Source: a virus (lineage: Duplodnaviria; Caudoviricetes). Taken from it: 64,000 nucleotides of DNA. The DNA lies in the IMG/VR virus record IMGVR_UViG_3300025389_001063; one strand, 5' to 3'. Every line of letters begins with the position of its first letter. Position 1 is the stretch's first letter. The position numbers and the translations under genes are program-made. A model generated the notes under the pieces. The model ran no database searches. It worked only from the letters and a program-made list of their open reading frames with translations, and was not told where the DNA came from. Shown piece by piece: positions 35,524 to 46,500 of this stretch.

Positions 35524-35990
35524 TGAGATTTTTAAAATCACAGAATCTAAACAAGTTTAGAAGAACTGATCGTACAGTTTCTCAAGACTTTACGGGTCGT
35601 GTTGAGATGAGATCTAATAGTACTTTGTTAGTTCCAAAAGGAAATTTAGCAGGGCGTCCACTTGCTCCTGAAAACGGACAAATTAGATATAATACAGATA
35701 TAAACGATATGGAAGTTTATGTTCAAGGAACATGGAAACAATTAAGATATAAAGAATCTACACAAATTGTTCAACAAACTCTTGGATACGGAAACTACTC
35801 ACAAACACGTTTTGGACCATTAAATCCAGTGCCGGCCGCTGGACAAAATATATTTGTTTTTGTCGAAAACGTTTTTCAAATATTTCAAGTAAACTACACA
35901 TTAATTCAATTACCTGGAGGATGGTATATAAATTTTGATGAAGCTCCTCCGTCGAAACTCATAACAGTTTTACATAATTTTGATATCTAA
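35523..35990 (+). CDS. Virion protein with P.G...RP...G..RYN...EVY..G.W motif (Mtd N-terminal-like)
   Basis: Same motif recurs in 36034 and 39633. Confidence 0.55.
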   Translation: MRFLKSQNLNKFRRTDRTVSQDFTGRVEMRSNSTLLVPKGNLAGRPLAPENGQIRYNTDINDMEVYVQGTWKQLRYKESTQIVQQTLGYGNYSQTRFGPLNPVPAAGQNIFVFVENVFQIFQVNYTLIQLPGGWYINFDEAPPSKLITVLHNFDI

Positions 35991-35991
35991 A

Positions 35992-36028
35992 TCTCCAAAG
36001 ATTACCGATAAATATTAAGAACTGGAGA
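35992..36028 (+). promoter_or_regulatory. Late promoter GATAAATA (36007-36014) inside a TCTCCA/TGGAGA stem covering the RBS
   Basis: Perfect 6-bp pairing 35992-35997 with 36023-36028; ATG at 36034. Confidence 0.55.
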
Positions 36029-36033
36029 ACTAA

Positions 36034-39000
36034 ATGTCTACACAAGTTGGCCGTATATCGGGTCCGTTGCTCAAATCAAATTTGCTACGTGACGGTGTAG
36101 ATCTAGCATTTGATACTGATTTACTTTTTTTAGATGTTGTTAATAACAGAATAGGTATTAAAAATACTTCTCCTGCTAAAGATTTACACTTAAATGGTTC
36201 TTTTTATAGTACAGGATTAATTATAGACAATTCTATAACTGTTGGTAATCTTATACTTTATGGCAATAATACTATATCAACACTTGTTGGCCCATTATAT
36301 CTATCAGCAGGATCTTTAATTACAACAAGTAATACATTAACTGCTGGGCATATCAGTATTACTACTAATCAAATTCATAATGATACTCCTGGTGAAGATT
36401 TAGAAATTGCTCCAAACGGAACAGGAAAATTATTTCTTCCATCTAATGATTTATATATTTCTGGTAGCCTACATGCTACAGGAGATATAACATTTGATAA
36501 TAATGTAATCTTTGGAGATAATACAAATCAAGACACTATAACTTTTAATGCAGATGTTAATACTCCATTACTTCCAAATGCAACATTAACTTATGATTTA
36601 GGTCAAAATTCTCCAACTTCTTTAAAATGGAAAACAGTATACCTTAACAGTTTAACAAATTATTCTTCATTAACTTCGTCGCAAGACTTAATAGTAAATG
36701 GAACTCATTTTGGAGTAATACAAGGAAAAATTTGGTATGTTGCTACAAATGGCAGTTCTGGAAATGCAGGAAATCATCCTAATTCACCTTTTAACAGTAT
36801 CCAACTAGCATTATCAAATGCATCTTACGGTGATACTGTTTATGTTTATCCAGGAACATACACTGAAACTTTTCCTTTAACAATTCCTTCTGGAGTTACA
36901 ATTAAAGGATCAGATATTAGAACTTGTATATTAGTTCCAAGCTTATTAACTAATAATCAAGATGCATTTTTACTCAATACTGATACGTCAGTTGTGAATA
37001 TTACTATTAGTAATTTTTATTATAATTCTTCTGCTAATACTGGTTATGCTTTTAAATTAGCATCTGGATTTACATTTAATAATAAATCTCCTTATATCTA
37101 CAACGTTTCTGTAATAACAAAAGGATCTATTACAAGTGCTTCAGATCCAAGAGGATTTGATACGGGAGATGCAGGTAAAGCAATTTATTTAGATGGATCA
37201 GTAGCAGATCCTTCGTCAATACAAGCAAGCATTTCTGTAGTTGATAGTACATTTATTACACCAGGTGTTGATTCTGTAACTCTAATTAACGGTGCTACAG
37301 CAGAACTTAAAAATATTTTTACTTATTACGCTAATAGAAGTTATTATGTACCACTAGGCCCTGGAAGAAATAGAACAGTCACTTTAAATACTCCTAATGA
37401 TAGTCGTCTTATAAGCAGTCCTACACAATATCGTATATCAACTGTTGATGGATCAACATCACACGGAAACTATTCTAATACACTCGATGGTGGCAATGCA
37501 TCATCTACTCCAAATTCAACTGTTAACGATAACAGTAGTATAGCAGGATCTTTTCTTTGTACACAGCGTAGTTGGGAACTAAGTGGGTATAAAGTAGGAT
37601 CTATTTTAACAAATTCTACATATTTTGTTCCAGGAACAGTAGTTACTAGTGTTCAAGGACCACAAACATCATATGGTATTTCTTATTATACTGTTTATAT
37701 TAGTAATAATCTAGTAACAGATATTCCATTTGGAACAAGTTTTAATGTAACTGGAAAAATTTATAATACTAATATAAAAAGTTTTAATTCTTCGAGTTGT
37801 TACGGAAACTACAGCGCACATGCAGACGGTTTAGGATCGTTAATAAATCTTAATAATCATATGTTCTATTATGTTGGAAGTAGAAAGAATGATTATAATG
37901 ATGATTCGTTGGTTTCACATACAACTGGTGTTCTTCAAACAAATTCTGGAAAAGTTTTTTATGTAAGTATTAACGAATCTGGTGTTCTTAATATCGGTGA
38001 TAACTTTTATATAGATGCAATTAATAAAACAACAAGTATTAATTGGTCTGTATATAATACAATTAACGAAGTTATAACAATCGATTCTTCAAATATTTCT
38101 AGTATTATTACTAGTACACAAATTACTACAGGAAATATTTTATTAACAGGAAATACTTTAGAATCTATTTCAGGATCTTTAAATTTTTCTGCTAATTCAA
38201 CTCAAACATACTTACAAAGTAATGTTTCTGCTCAAACTAATTTTTATGTTTCTGGAAATCTTAATGCACAAGGTAATGTAGTACTAGGTAGTTTATCAAC
38301 TAACAATATTATTATAAATCCTAAATTAAATCAAGATATAATACCAAAAAATGATAATTTTTATAAGTTAGGTTCTTCTTCCTCAGAATGGTTATCAGTT
38401 TGGGGTAACGATTTTCATTTATCTAGTATTGAAATTTCTGGAAGTACTATATCGACTACTATTACAAATAGTAATTTAAATTTGTTAATAAATGGAGTAG
38501 GTACAGTTTATCTAGGATCATTAAGTTTTGGTACTAGTATAACTTCTACTGATAATATTACTCTTTCAACTGGTGCAAAATCTCTAAAGATTAATAGCAA
38601 TACTGCACTAGTATTACCTAAAAATTCCACTAGTTATATTCCAAATCCAATTACACCAGGCGGAATAATATCTGAATCTGTAACTGTAAATTTAATAATA
38701 CCAAATGATTATAGATTAGCAACACCTTCTTCTTTGAATTATTTTCGAGCTACAAAAATATCATGGGAATCAAGTGGTTTAGGTATAGGATCTCCTCTAA
38801 CTAATCCATCACAATTTGCCTCCGGAACAACTATTACAAATGTTCAAGGTCCTTATAATGATTTTGGATTAGATTATTATATAATCTTTGTCAGTAATAA
38901 TCCTTTGATAGATTTTAATCCAAATGATGTTGTTTCTTCATCAATTTATTTGTTTACAGGAGCAAACTCAACAGCAAGAATTACATTAGGTGGTGTATAT

Positions 39001-39513
39001 TCTTCTGATAGACTTACTTATGTACAACTAGATCCTACAAATCAAAAAATAAACTTTAATAGTAATGGAAATACATTACTTTCGGTAAGTTCGTTAGGAT
39101 TAACTAATGTACCTGCAATACAATTTGGTACTACAACTTTATCTAATAGTTCATTTACTTCTGGAAGTTCTAATATCACATTACAAGCCAACGGAACAGG
39201 ATCAGTAAAATTTAATAGTTCTATTAAAATTAATAATAATGTTATTACTAACCTTACAAATAATCCTCTAGTATGGAATCATACAGGAACTGGATATTTA
39301 AAATTTACCGGGTCATTAGGAATAGTTATACCATCAGGAAATGTTGGAACTAGACAACCTACACCCGAAATAGGTACAACTAGATATAATTCAGACTACG
39401 GATATATGGAAGTTTATAATGGAACAGCATGGGTAGTATCTGCAGGATCGATTGTTACTAGCACATCTGACATTACCAATTTATCCGATATTTGGTCTCT
39501 AATACTAGGTTAA
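36034..39513 (+). CDS. Tail fibre/spike-like protein with pectin-lyase-like beta-helix (DUF1565-like entry)
   Basis: WYVATNG...PFNSIQLAL...GDTVYVYPGTY.E motif; paralog of 39633. Confidence 0.65.
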   Translation: MSTQVGRISGPLLKSNLLRDGVDLAFDTDLLFLDVVNNRIGIKNTSPAKDLHLNGSFYSTGLIIDNSITVGNLILYGNNTISTLVGPLYLSAGSLITTSNTLTAGHISITTNQIHNDTPGEDLEIAPNGTGKLFLPSNDLYISGSLHATGDITFDNNVIFGDNTNQDTITFNADVNTPLLPNATLTYDLGQNSPTSLKWKTVYLNSLTNYSSLTSSQDLIVNGTHFGVIQGKIWYVATNGSSGNAGNHPNSPFNSIQLALSNASYGDTVYVYPGTYTETFPLTIPSGVTIKGSDIRTCILVPSLLTNNQDAFLLNTDTSVVNITISNFYYNSSANTGYAFKLASGFTFNNKSPYIYNVSVITKGSITSASDPRGFDTGDAGKAIYLDGSVADPSSIQASISVVDSTFITPGVDSVTLINGATAELKNIFTYYANRSYYVPLGPGRNRTVTLNTPNDSRLISSPTQYRISTVDGSTSHGNYSNTLDGGNASSTPNSTVNDNSSIAGSFLCTQRSWELSGYKVGSILTNSTYFVPGTVVTSVQGPQTSYGISYYTVYISNNLVTDIPFGTSFNVTGKIYNTNIKSFNSSSCYGNYSAHADGLGSLINLNNHMFYYVGSRKNDYNDDSLVSHTTGVLQTNSGKVFYVSINESGVLNIGDNFYIDAINKTTSINWSVYNTINEVITIDSSNISSIITSTQITTGNILLTGNTLESISGSLNFSANSTQTYLQSNVSAQTNFYVSGNLNAQGNVVLGSLSTNNIIINPKLNQDIIPKNDNFYKLGSSSSEWLSVWGNDFHLSSIEISGSTISTTITNSNLNLLINGVGTVYLGSLSFGTSITSTDNITLSTGAKSLKINSNTALVLPKNSTSYIPNPITPGGIISESVTVNLIIPNDYRLATPSSLNYFRATKISWESSGLGIGSPLTNPSQFASGTTITNVQGPYNDFGLDYYIIFVSNNPLIDFNPNDVVSSSIYLFTGANSTARITLGGVYSSDRLTYVQLDPTNQKINFNSNGNTLLSVSSLGLTNVPAIQFGTTTLSNSSFTSGSSNITLQANGTGSVKFNSSIKINNNVITNLTNNPLVWNHTGTGYLKFTGSLGIVIPSGNVGTRQPTPEIGTTRYNSDYGYMEVYNGTAWVVSAGSIVTSTSDITNLSDIWSLILG

Positions 39514-39524
39514 TTTACCCTCTG

Positions 39525-39632
39525 GATAAATATTATTAACGCCGGACAATACCAACAAAGTCTGGATGTCTAAACTGTGGAAACCCGCAATGTAAGGTGG
39601 TTAGCCGTGAAACTCGGTGGTGAGGAGCGTTG
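39525..39632 (+). ncRNA. Late promoter plus ~95-nt structured 5' leader (candidate cis-regulatory RNA)
   Basis: GATAAATA at 39525-39532; 51% GC over 39541-39630 (counted); four predicted helices; GAGGAG RBS. Confidence 0.5.
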
Positions 39633-42600
39633 ATGACGGTCGTTGGTCGTATCTCAGGCCCGCTCTTAAAAGCAAATCTTCTCCGAGATGGAGTTAATTT
39701 AGCTTTTGAGACTAGCCTTCTTTATTTAGACGTTAATAACCGACGCATTGGTATCAATACCAGTTCACCTACACACGATTTACATGTAAACGGAACATTA
39801 AGAACTACTAACATTGATGGATTAACTTCTCTCACTGTTGGGGCAAATTTTCTTCTAAGCGGAAATACTTTATCAACTAGTGGATCAACACTAACACTAA
39901 GTTCAACATCTGGTGGAGTTATCTATCAAAATAACTTAACAGTAAGTGAAATTAATATTCAATCAAATATTATTTCAACAAATACTACAAATACAGATTT
40001 ACAATTAGTAGCTAACGGAACAGGAAAAATTTCAGTTTATTCTGATATGCTTGTTCAAGGAAATATACATGCTACAGGTAATATTACTGCTGATGGTAAT
40101 ATTATTATTGGTAATCAACCATCAGATATCGTAACTTTTAATGCAGATATTGCTAGTAATATTATTCCTAAGACAACAAACACTTATGATTTAGGATCAA
40201 CATCAAATCGTTGGAATAATCTATGGACTAATACAATTAATGCTAATACCATTAGCACAACTAGTTTAACAATAAACGGTATTAACATTTTACAAGGACA
40301 AGGAAATATTCTCTATGTTGCTACAAATGGTAGTAATTCTAACAACGGTATTTCTCAAAATAGTCCATATGCAACACTACAATATGCTTTATCACAAGCA
40401 ACTTCTGGAACTACAGTTTACATATATCCAGGAACTTATCAAGAAATATTACCTTTATCTATACCTTCTGGAGTTTCTATTAAAGGTATTGAACCAAATA
40501 CTGTTATAATTACTCCGACACCTTCTACAAGCAGTAATGACGTATTCTTAATAGATGGGCAAACAACTGTTGAAGATTTAACAATAAAGAATTTTTATTA
40601 TAATTCCTCTGCAAATACAGGATACGCTTTTAAATTAAAAAATGGATTTAAAGTAACAACAAAATCACCTTATATTAGAAATGTTTTTGTTATTACATCT
40701 GGATCTGTTACAAGCAACTCAGATCCTAAAGGATTTTTAACTGGAGATGCAGGTAAAGGAATATATTTTGATGGATCAGTTGCTGATTCAACTAGCAATT
40801 ATGTTTCTTGCTTAGTAGATAGCACTAATTTTATAACTCCAGGTGTGGATAGTATAACCGCAACAAACGGTGTTCGTTTAGAAATTGTAAATTCAAATAC
40901 ATATTATAGTAATAGAGGAATTTATGCTTATGTTTCCTCATCACAAGGTCGCGCTGGCAATGCATACACAGTTCTTAGAGTTAGTGGTGCAACAGGATCT
41001 TATAGTGTTGGAAGTACTATAAGTTATTATGTAAGTGGATCAGTAGTAGCTACCGGAACTATCTATTCAATAGGAACAGATGGAAAAATATATATTTCTG
41101 GATATTCTCCTGGATTTGTTCAAGCAACAACTGTTAATGGAATTTTACAAACACAAGATATTAGATTTAGTACTGGAGCAACTGCTCAATATATAACTTT
41201 AGCAGATTATAGAAATTTTGGAGCAGAAATTAGAGCAGTAGGTTCTGGAAACTTCTACGGAAATTATGGTGTAGTTGGTAACGGAATTGGTGTTTATATT
41301 GATCTTTTAACACAGAGTGTTTTTTATGTTGGTTCTGGAAATAATGATAGCAATGATCCAACAACAGCAATTCAAGCAAATGAAATTGTAAGTCTTAATA
41401 ATGCTCTTATAGTTTATACTGATACTAATCACAATGGTGATTTTAGAGTAGGTGGTCTTTTTTATGTAAATCAAGAAACTAATGATGTTGCATTTAATAA
41501 TGTTAATCTTAGAGTTAATGGACCATACGGCATAACATTAGTTAATGGATCTAATTCGTCAAGTATTACTCCTTATCAAATTACTACAGGAAATTTAACA
41601 GTAGCAAATAATACAATTAGTAGTACATCAGGTAACATTAATCTTAGTGCAGCTAATAATACTATTAATTTACAAAATGATACTTATGTAACAGGTTCTT
41701 TAACTGTTTCAGGTACTACAAATATAAACGGAAATATAACACTTGGATCATCGTCTTCAAATACAATAAATTTCGTTGGCAGCATAGCAAGTGATCTTAT
41801 TCCTTTAGCAAATAATACTTATAATTTAGGTAATTCTTCATATTCGTGGAGTAATATATACGCTAAAACTGCAAATATATCAAATGTTAATATAACCAAT
41901 AATAATATTCAAACAATTTCTACAGGTTCGAATCTTTATTTGAGTGGAAACGGAACTGGATCTGTTAATATTGGTAGTTTTAGTATAAATCAAAATACTA
42001 TTTCTGTATCTTCTAGCAATGATTTTATCATTACACCTGGTACAGGTAAAATAGTTAATATATCTTCAACAGGATCATTACAATTACCATCTGGAACAAG
42101 TTTACAAAGACCTACTGCTGTAGCAGGGATGATCCGTTACAATACTGATAATCATAATTATGAAGGTTATAATGGTTCTAATTGGATTGTATTAAATGGA
42201 TTATATGATGTCGCTCAGACAACTTATATAACACCAGAATTAACACCTGGAGCAGGTGATCAAACATTCCGTTTTTATATAGGTAATACACAAGTTGCAG
42301 ATTTAAATTCTACAAGATTTAATGTTAATGGAGTTACTGTTGGTAATACATACATCAGTAACAACGTTATAGGAACTACATCAAATACAGATTTAACTAT
42401 TAATTCATCATCTGGAAATATTAATATAGAATATTTTCGAATAAATGGTAGTTCAATTACTAATACTGTTTCCAATAGTATTACAACTATTTCACAAAGC
42501 GGAACAGGATATTTTAAAATAAGTGGTACTGGTGGTTTTGTTATACCTTCTGGAAACAGTCTAGGAAGACCTTCAGTACCAGAAATAGGTTTTTCCAGAT

Positions 42601-42731
42601 ATAATACAGACGATGGTCGTATTGAAGTATGGAACGGAGCATCATGGGTTTCGGCAGGTGGATCATCTATCGGTGTTTCCTATAACGATGCCCAGCAAAT
42701 TGCAGTACAGATAGCGTTAATGTTAGGATAA
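39633..42731 (+). CDS. Tail fibre/spike-like beta-helix protein, paralog of 36034
   Basis: VGRISGPLLKANLLRDG N-terminus; LYVATNG..PYATLQYAL..GTTVYIYPGTY.E; ATG 39633 fits RBS spacing better than TTG 39630. Confidence 0.65.
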   Translation: MTVVGRISGPLLKANLLRDGVNLAFETSLLYLDVNNRRIGINTSSPTHDLHVNGTLRTTNIDGLTSLTVGANFLLSGNTLSTSGSTLTLSSTSGGVIYQNNLTVSEINIQSNIISTNTTNTDLQLVANGTGKISVYSDMLVQGNIHATGNITADGNIIIGNQPSDIVTFNADIASNIIPKTTNTYDLGSTSNRWNNLWTNTINANTISTTSLTINGINILQGQGNILYVATNGSNSNNGISQNSPYATLQYALSQATSGTTVYIYPGTYQEILPLSIPSGVSIKGIEPNTVIITPTPSTSSNDVFLIDGQTTVEDLTIKNFYYNSSANTGYAFKLKNGFKVTTKSPYIRNVFVITSGSVTSNSDPKGFLTGDAGKGIYFDGSVADSTSNYVSCLVDSTNFITPGVDSITATNGVRLEIVNSNTYYSNRGIYAYVSSSQGRAGNAYTVLRVSGATGSYSVGSTISYYVSGSVVATGTIYSIGTDGKIYISGYSPGFVQATTVNGILQTQDIRFSTGATAQYITLADYRNFGAEIRAVGSGNFYGNYGVVGNGIGVYIDLLTQSVFYVGSGNNDSNDPTTAIQANEIVSLNNALIVYTDTNHNGDFRVGGLFYVNQETNDVAFNNVNLRVNGPYGITLVNGSNSSSITPYQITTGNLTVANNTISSTSGNINLSAANNTINLQNDTYVTGSLTVSGTTNINGNITLGSSSSNTINFVGSIASDLIPLANNTYNLGNSSYSWSNIYAKTANISNVNITNNNIQTISTGSNLYLSGNGTGSVNIGSFSINQNTISVSSSNDFIITPGTGKIVNISSTGSLQLPSGTSLQRPTAVAGMIRYNTDNHNYEGYNGSNWIVLNGLYDVAQTTYITPELTPGAGDQTFRFYIGNTQVADLNSTRFNVNGVTVGNTYISNNVIGTTSNTDLTINSSSGNINIEYFRINGSSITNTVSNSITTISQSGTGYFKISGTGGFVIPSGNSLGRPSVPEIGFSRYNTDDGRIEVWNGASWVSAGGSSIGVSYNDAQQIAVQIALMLG

Positions 42732-42735
42732 AAAT

Positions 42736-43065
42736 ATGGCAACAACATTTTTAACTTCAGTAGTACCAAATATCGGAACAAGCTCAACAACATTAGTGTC
42801 AGCAGCATCAAACGTTTCGATTACTATTATTGGTTTAAGTTTAGCTAACACTACAGAAAGTTTAGTTAAAGTAAGTGTTACTCTTACAGATGCTTCTAGT
42901 CACACAGGATACTATATAAAAAATGTAATGGTACCTCCAAGAACCAGTATGAAAATTGTAAATGGCGGTGAAAAATTAATTTTAGGAGCATCAAATGTAT
43001 TGTCGGCAATAGCAGATAGTCCGACATCTATAGATGCTATTGTTTCTTATGTGCAGATAGTATAA
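42736..43065 (+). CDS. Small beta-rich virion protein
   Basis: IGLSLAN...YYIKNVMVPP...GGEKLIL motif; related to 35179. Confidence 0.55.
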   Translation: MATTFLTSVVPNIGTSSTTLVSAASNVSITIIGLSLANTTESLVKVSVTLTDASSHTGYYIKNVMVPPRTSMKIVNGGEKLILGASNVLSAIADSPTSIDAIVSYVQIV

Positions 43066-43076
43066 GGATATAGAAC

Positions 43077-43448
43077 ATGACTGATTATTTTCTTGGTGGT
43101 AATGCAATAACTCAAAATGATTTATTAGGTGGACAACCTAGATATTTCTACGGGTTAAGAAGAACAGATCAAGGTGATCTTTATTTTGTTAGAATTGATC
43201 AGTTAGAACAATCTGATACAATTACAATTAATAATCCTGGACCTACTTCGGGAAATTATGATCAATTTGAGTTTGGTACAGACTTCTTTGAGGGTAGAGA
43301 TGTAAATCATAATCTAGTTTATTCTAATTTAACTTATGAACAATATCGTTGGGATAATAGAAGTATGTATTATTACATTGACTCAAATGGTGAATTAACA
43401 GCAGTAATAGGACAGGTACATACATATCCTTCAGCAGGAAACGTATAA
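43077..43448 (+). CDS. Hypothetical virion protein
   Basis: RYFYGLRRT..G.L, YEQYRWD...YYID..GEL; lies in the structural cluster. Confidence 0.55.
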   Translation: MTDYFLGGNAITQNDLLGGQPRYFYGLRRTDQGDLYFVRIDQLEQSDTITINNPGPTSGNYDQFEFGTDFFEGRDVNHNLVYSNLTYEQYRWDNRSMYYYIDSNGELTAVIGQVHTYPSAGNV

Positions 43449-43497
43449 ATAATGACAACTGAATACAAAAAAATGTTGATAAATAAAAATATCAACA
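43444..43497 (+). promoter_or_regulatory. Tandem late promoters TATAAATA (43444-43451) and GATAAATA (43478-43485), the second within a 7-bp inverted repeat
   Basis: TGTTGAT (43474-43480) / ATCAACA (43491-43497). Confidence 0.6.
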
Positions 43498-43523
43498 AAA
43501 TTTCAAGATAAAGGTATAAGAAA

Positions 43524-46500
43524 ATGGCTGAGTTTAAAATAGGAAGATTGAGATTTGTATGGCAGGGAACATGGACTACTAGTACTAGCTATGTTAAAGA
43601 CGATGTTGTTCGATTCGGTGGTAAAACATATGTATGTTTGGTAGGAAATACTTCCGGCACTTTCTATACAGATCTTGCTAGTGGTTATTGGTCATTAATG
43701 GCTGATGGATTTTCTTATCAAGGAACATGGACAACAGCAACTTCATACAAAATAGGTGACGTTGTTAGAAATGGTGGTCAATCTTATATTTGTGTTACAG
43801 GAAATACTTCCGGCGCAACTTTTGCAGGTGACTCGGCTTATTGGAATTTATTAGCAGGTGGTATTTCTTGGAGAGGTACTTGGACACCGGCAACACTTTA
43901 TAATGTTAATGATATTATTATATTTGGTGCTATTACATTTATTTGTACAACTGCAAATACTAGTTCTTCAAATTTTGCTACAGATCAATCTTCGTATTGG
44001 ACAATTTTTGCACAAGGAACTCAATTTGTTAATACATGGAACAATTCTACTCAATACTCAGCAGATAGTATTGTAACTTATGGTGGTTATACTTACGTTT
44101 CATTGCAGACTAATACAGGACAAGTTCCGCCGTCTAGCCCTAGTTATTGGTCAGTTTACACAACTGGTTATAGTAATCAAGGTACATTTAGTTACGGAAC
44201 AACATACAAAGTAGGTAGTGTTGTTCAATACGGTGGTAATACATATGTTGCTATTCTTGATAATACTAATCAGTATCCAACTAATGTTACATATTGGTCA
44301 ATAGTAGCATATGGTCTAAATGTTAGAGGAACATTTAGTTACGGAACACAATACAATCCAAACGATATTGTTGTTTATGGTGGTACAACTTACTATGCAT
44401 TACAAGCAAATATCAATGTTTATCCTTCTGCATTAGGATCAAACTGGAAGGTATTATCGTCAGGTCTTTCTAATAGAGGAACATGGTCAAATTCAACAAA
44501 TTATTTTGTTAATGATTTAGCTTCTTATGGTGCAAACATTTATATTGCTACACAAGATAATACAGGTCAAACACCAAGCACTTCAGCTTCATATTGGTCA
44601 GTATTTAATTATGGATATAACTATGCAGGAACATGGACTTCATCAACTGCATATAAATTAGGTCAGGTTATTACATTTGGTGGTTCTCTATATCAAGCAC
44701 TATCAGACAATACTAATCAAACACCGGGTAATGTAACAATAACTGTTACTGCTACAACTACTGGTACAAACTTAATTACAGCAAGTAGCACAACAGGTTT
44801 AGCAGCTAATCAGCCAATAGTATTTGCTTCTAGTGTTGGAAATCTTGTAGCAGGTACAACTTATTATATTTTATCAGGTTTCTCAGGAACACAATTTCAA
44901 GTAAGTTCTACAATAGGCGGTACAGCATTTAGTTTATCAACAGCAGGACCTGTCTCAATTAGTGCTACACAATATGGAACTACATATTGGTCAAAATTAT
45001 CTTTTGGTATTAAGAACAGAGGTACTTGGGTAACTTCAACATCATATAACGTTGACGAAATTGTAATACATGGTGCAAATGTATACATTTCATTAATAGC
45101 ACATACATCAGGTACTTTTTCATCAGATTTAAGCGCAAGCAAATGGCAAATACTTGCTAGTGGCTTAGCATGGAGAAATACTTGGGCTTCTTCTACTGTT
45201 TATTATGTAAACGACTTAGTTGTTGGTCCATCAGGATCTGTTTATATTGCACTACAAGATAATACTTCTAGCGGTACTTTTAGTACTGATTTAGGTGCGG
45301 GTTATTGGCAGATATTTGTACAATATAATTCATTCTCTCCTCCATCATACTCAACTCCAGGAACAGCATTAACAGTTGCATCGGGAGGTGCATCTCTTAG
45401 TTGGTTGAACCCAACTGGTTCTACTAATGTTCTTTATGTTGGTCCAGGTGGTGTTGATAGTGTTTCAGGTGGTTATGGTACAAGTTTAGCATTACCTTTT
45501 GCAAGTATTAGATATGCTTGTACTCAAGCAAGTTCAGGATACACAATTTTTGTCAAATCAGGAACATATAATGAATTTCTTCCAATTACTGTTCCAGCAG
45601 GTGTTGCAGTTATTGGTGATAACGTTAGAACAACATTTGTTAATCCAGTTAGCGGAACTAGCGTAACAACTACAGTTACTCAAGTTTCATCAACTGGTAA
45701 CTTAATTACAGCAAGTAGTACAGCAAGTTTCATAGCAAATGCACCAATAACATTTAGTGCTAATCTAGGTAATCTTGTTGCAGGTACTGTTTATTATATT
45801 GTAAGTGGTTTTGGTGCAACTACTTTCCAAGTAAGTTTAACATCAGGTGGTTCAGTTTTTAATCCAGGAACTGCTACAGGATCAATCAGTGCTACACAAT
45901 ACGGTGACTTAACTGGTTTAATTCCAAACAATCAATCAACAATGTTTAAACTAAGTGATAATACTTCTCTTCGTGAAATGACATTCCAGAATATGACTGG
46001 TTGGGTTCCAGGTGGAACAGCAAACGACATTACAACATCAACTCCTAAAGGTATCTATATTGGATTTAATTCAGGAGCAATTACTAGACCACCGAGTGTT
46101 TCAAATTGTACAACAAGTACGGCTTCAGGAGCAATCGGTGCTTATCTAGATGGTTCAGTAGTTACTGGATTAAAAACAGCAAGTTTCCGTTATTTTAACG
46201 TTCAAAGTGATACAGGTGTTGGTATTTGGGCTACAAATAATGCAAGACCTGAAGTAATTACAAGCGCAACATCATATTGCTATTTCAGTTATGCTGCTAC
46301 AAATGGTGGTTTTATAAGACTTAACAATTGTAAAACAAACTGGGGTACTTATGGTTTAACTTCTAGAGGTTATCTATCTTCAGAAACTGCAATTACTGGT
46401 AATGTTGTTGGACAACAATTAAACTTTACATATAACACAGGTAATATTAACGTAGGTGATACTGTTACTTCAGTAACTAGTGGTGGTACTGCTACAGTTA

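Noticed and set aside
39541-39625. c-di-GMP-I/II or other known riboswitch
   Set aside because: Only superficial GAAA and CUAA/UAG similarity; the conserved cores could not be aligned by eye.
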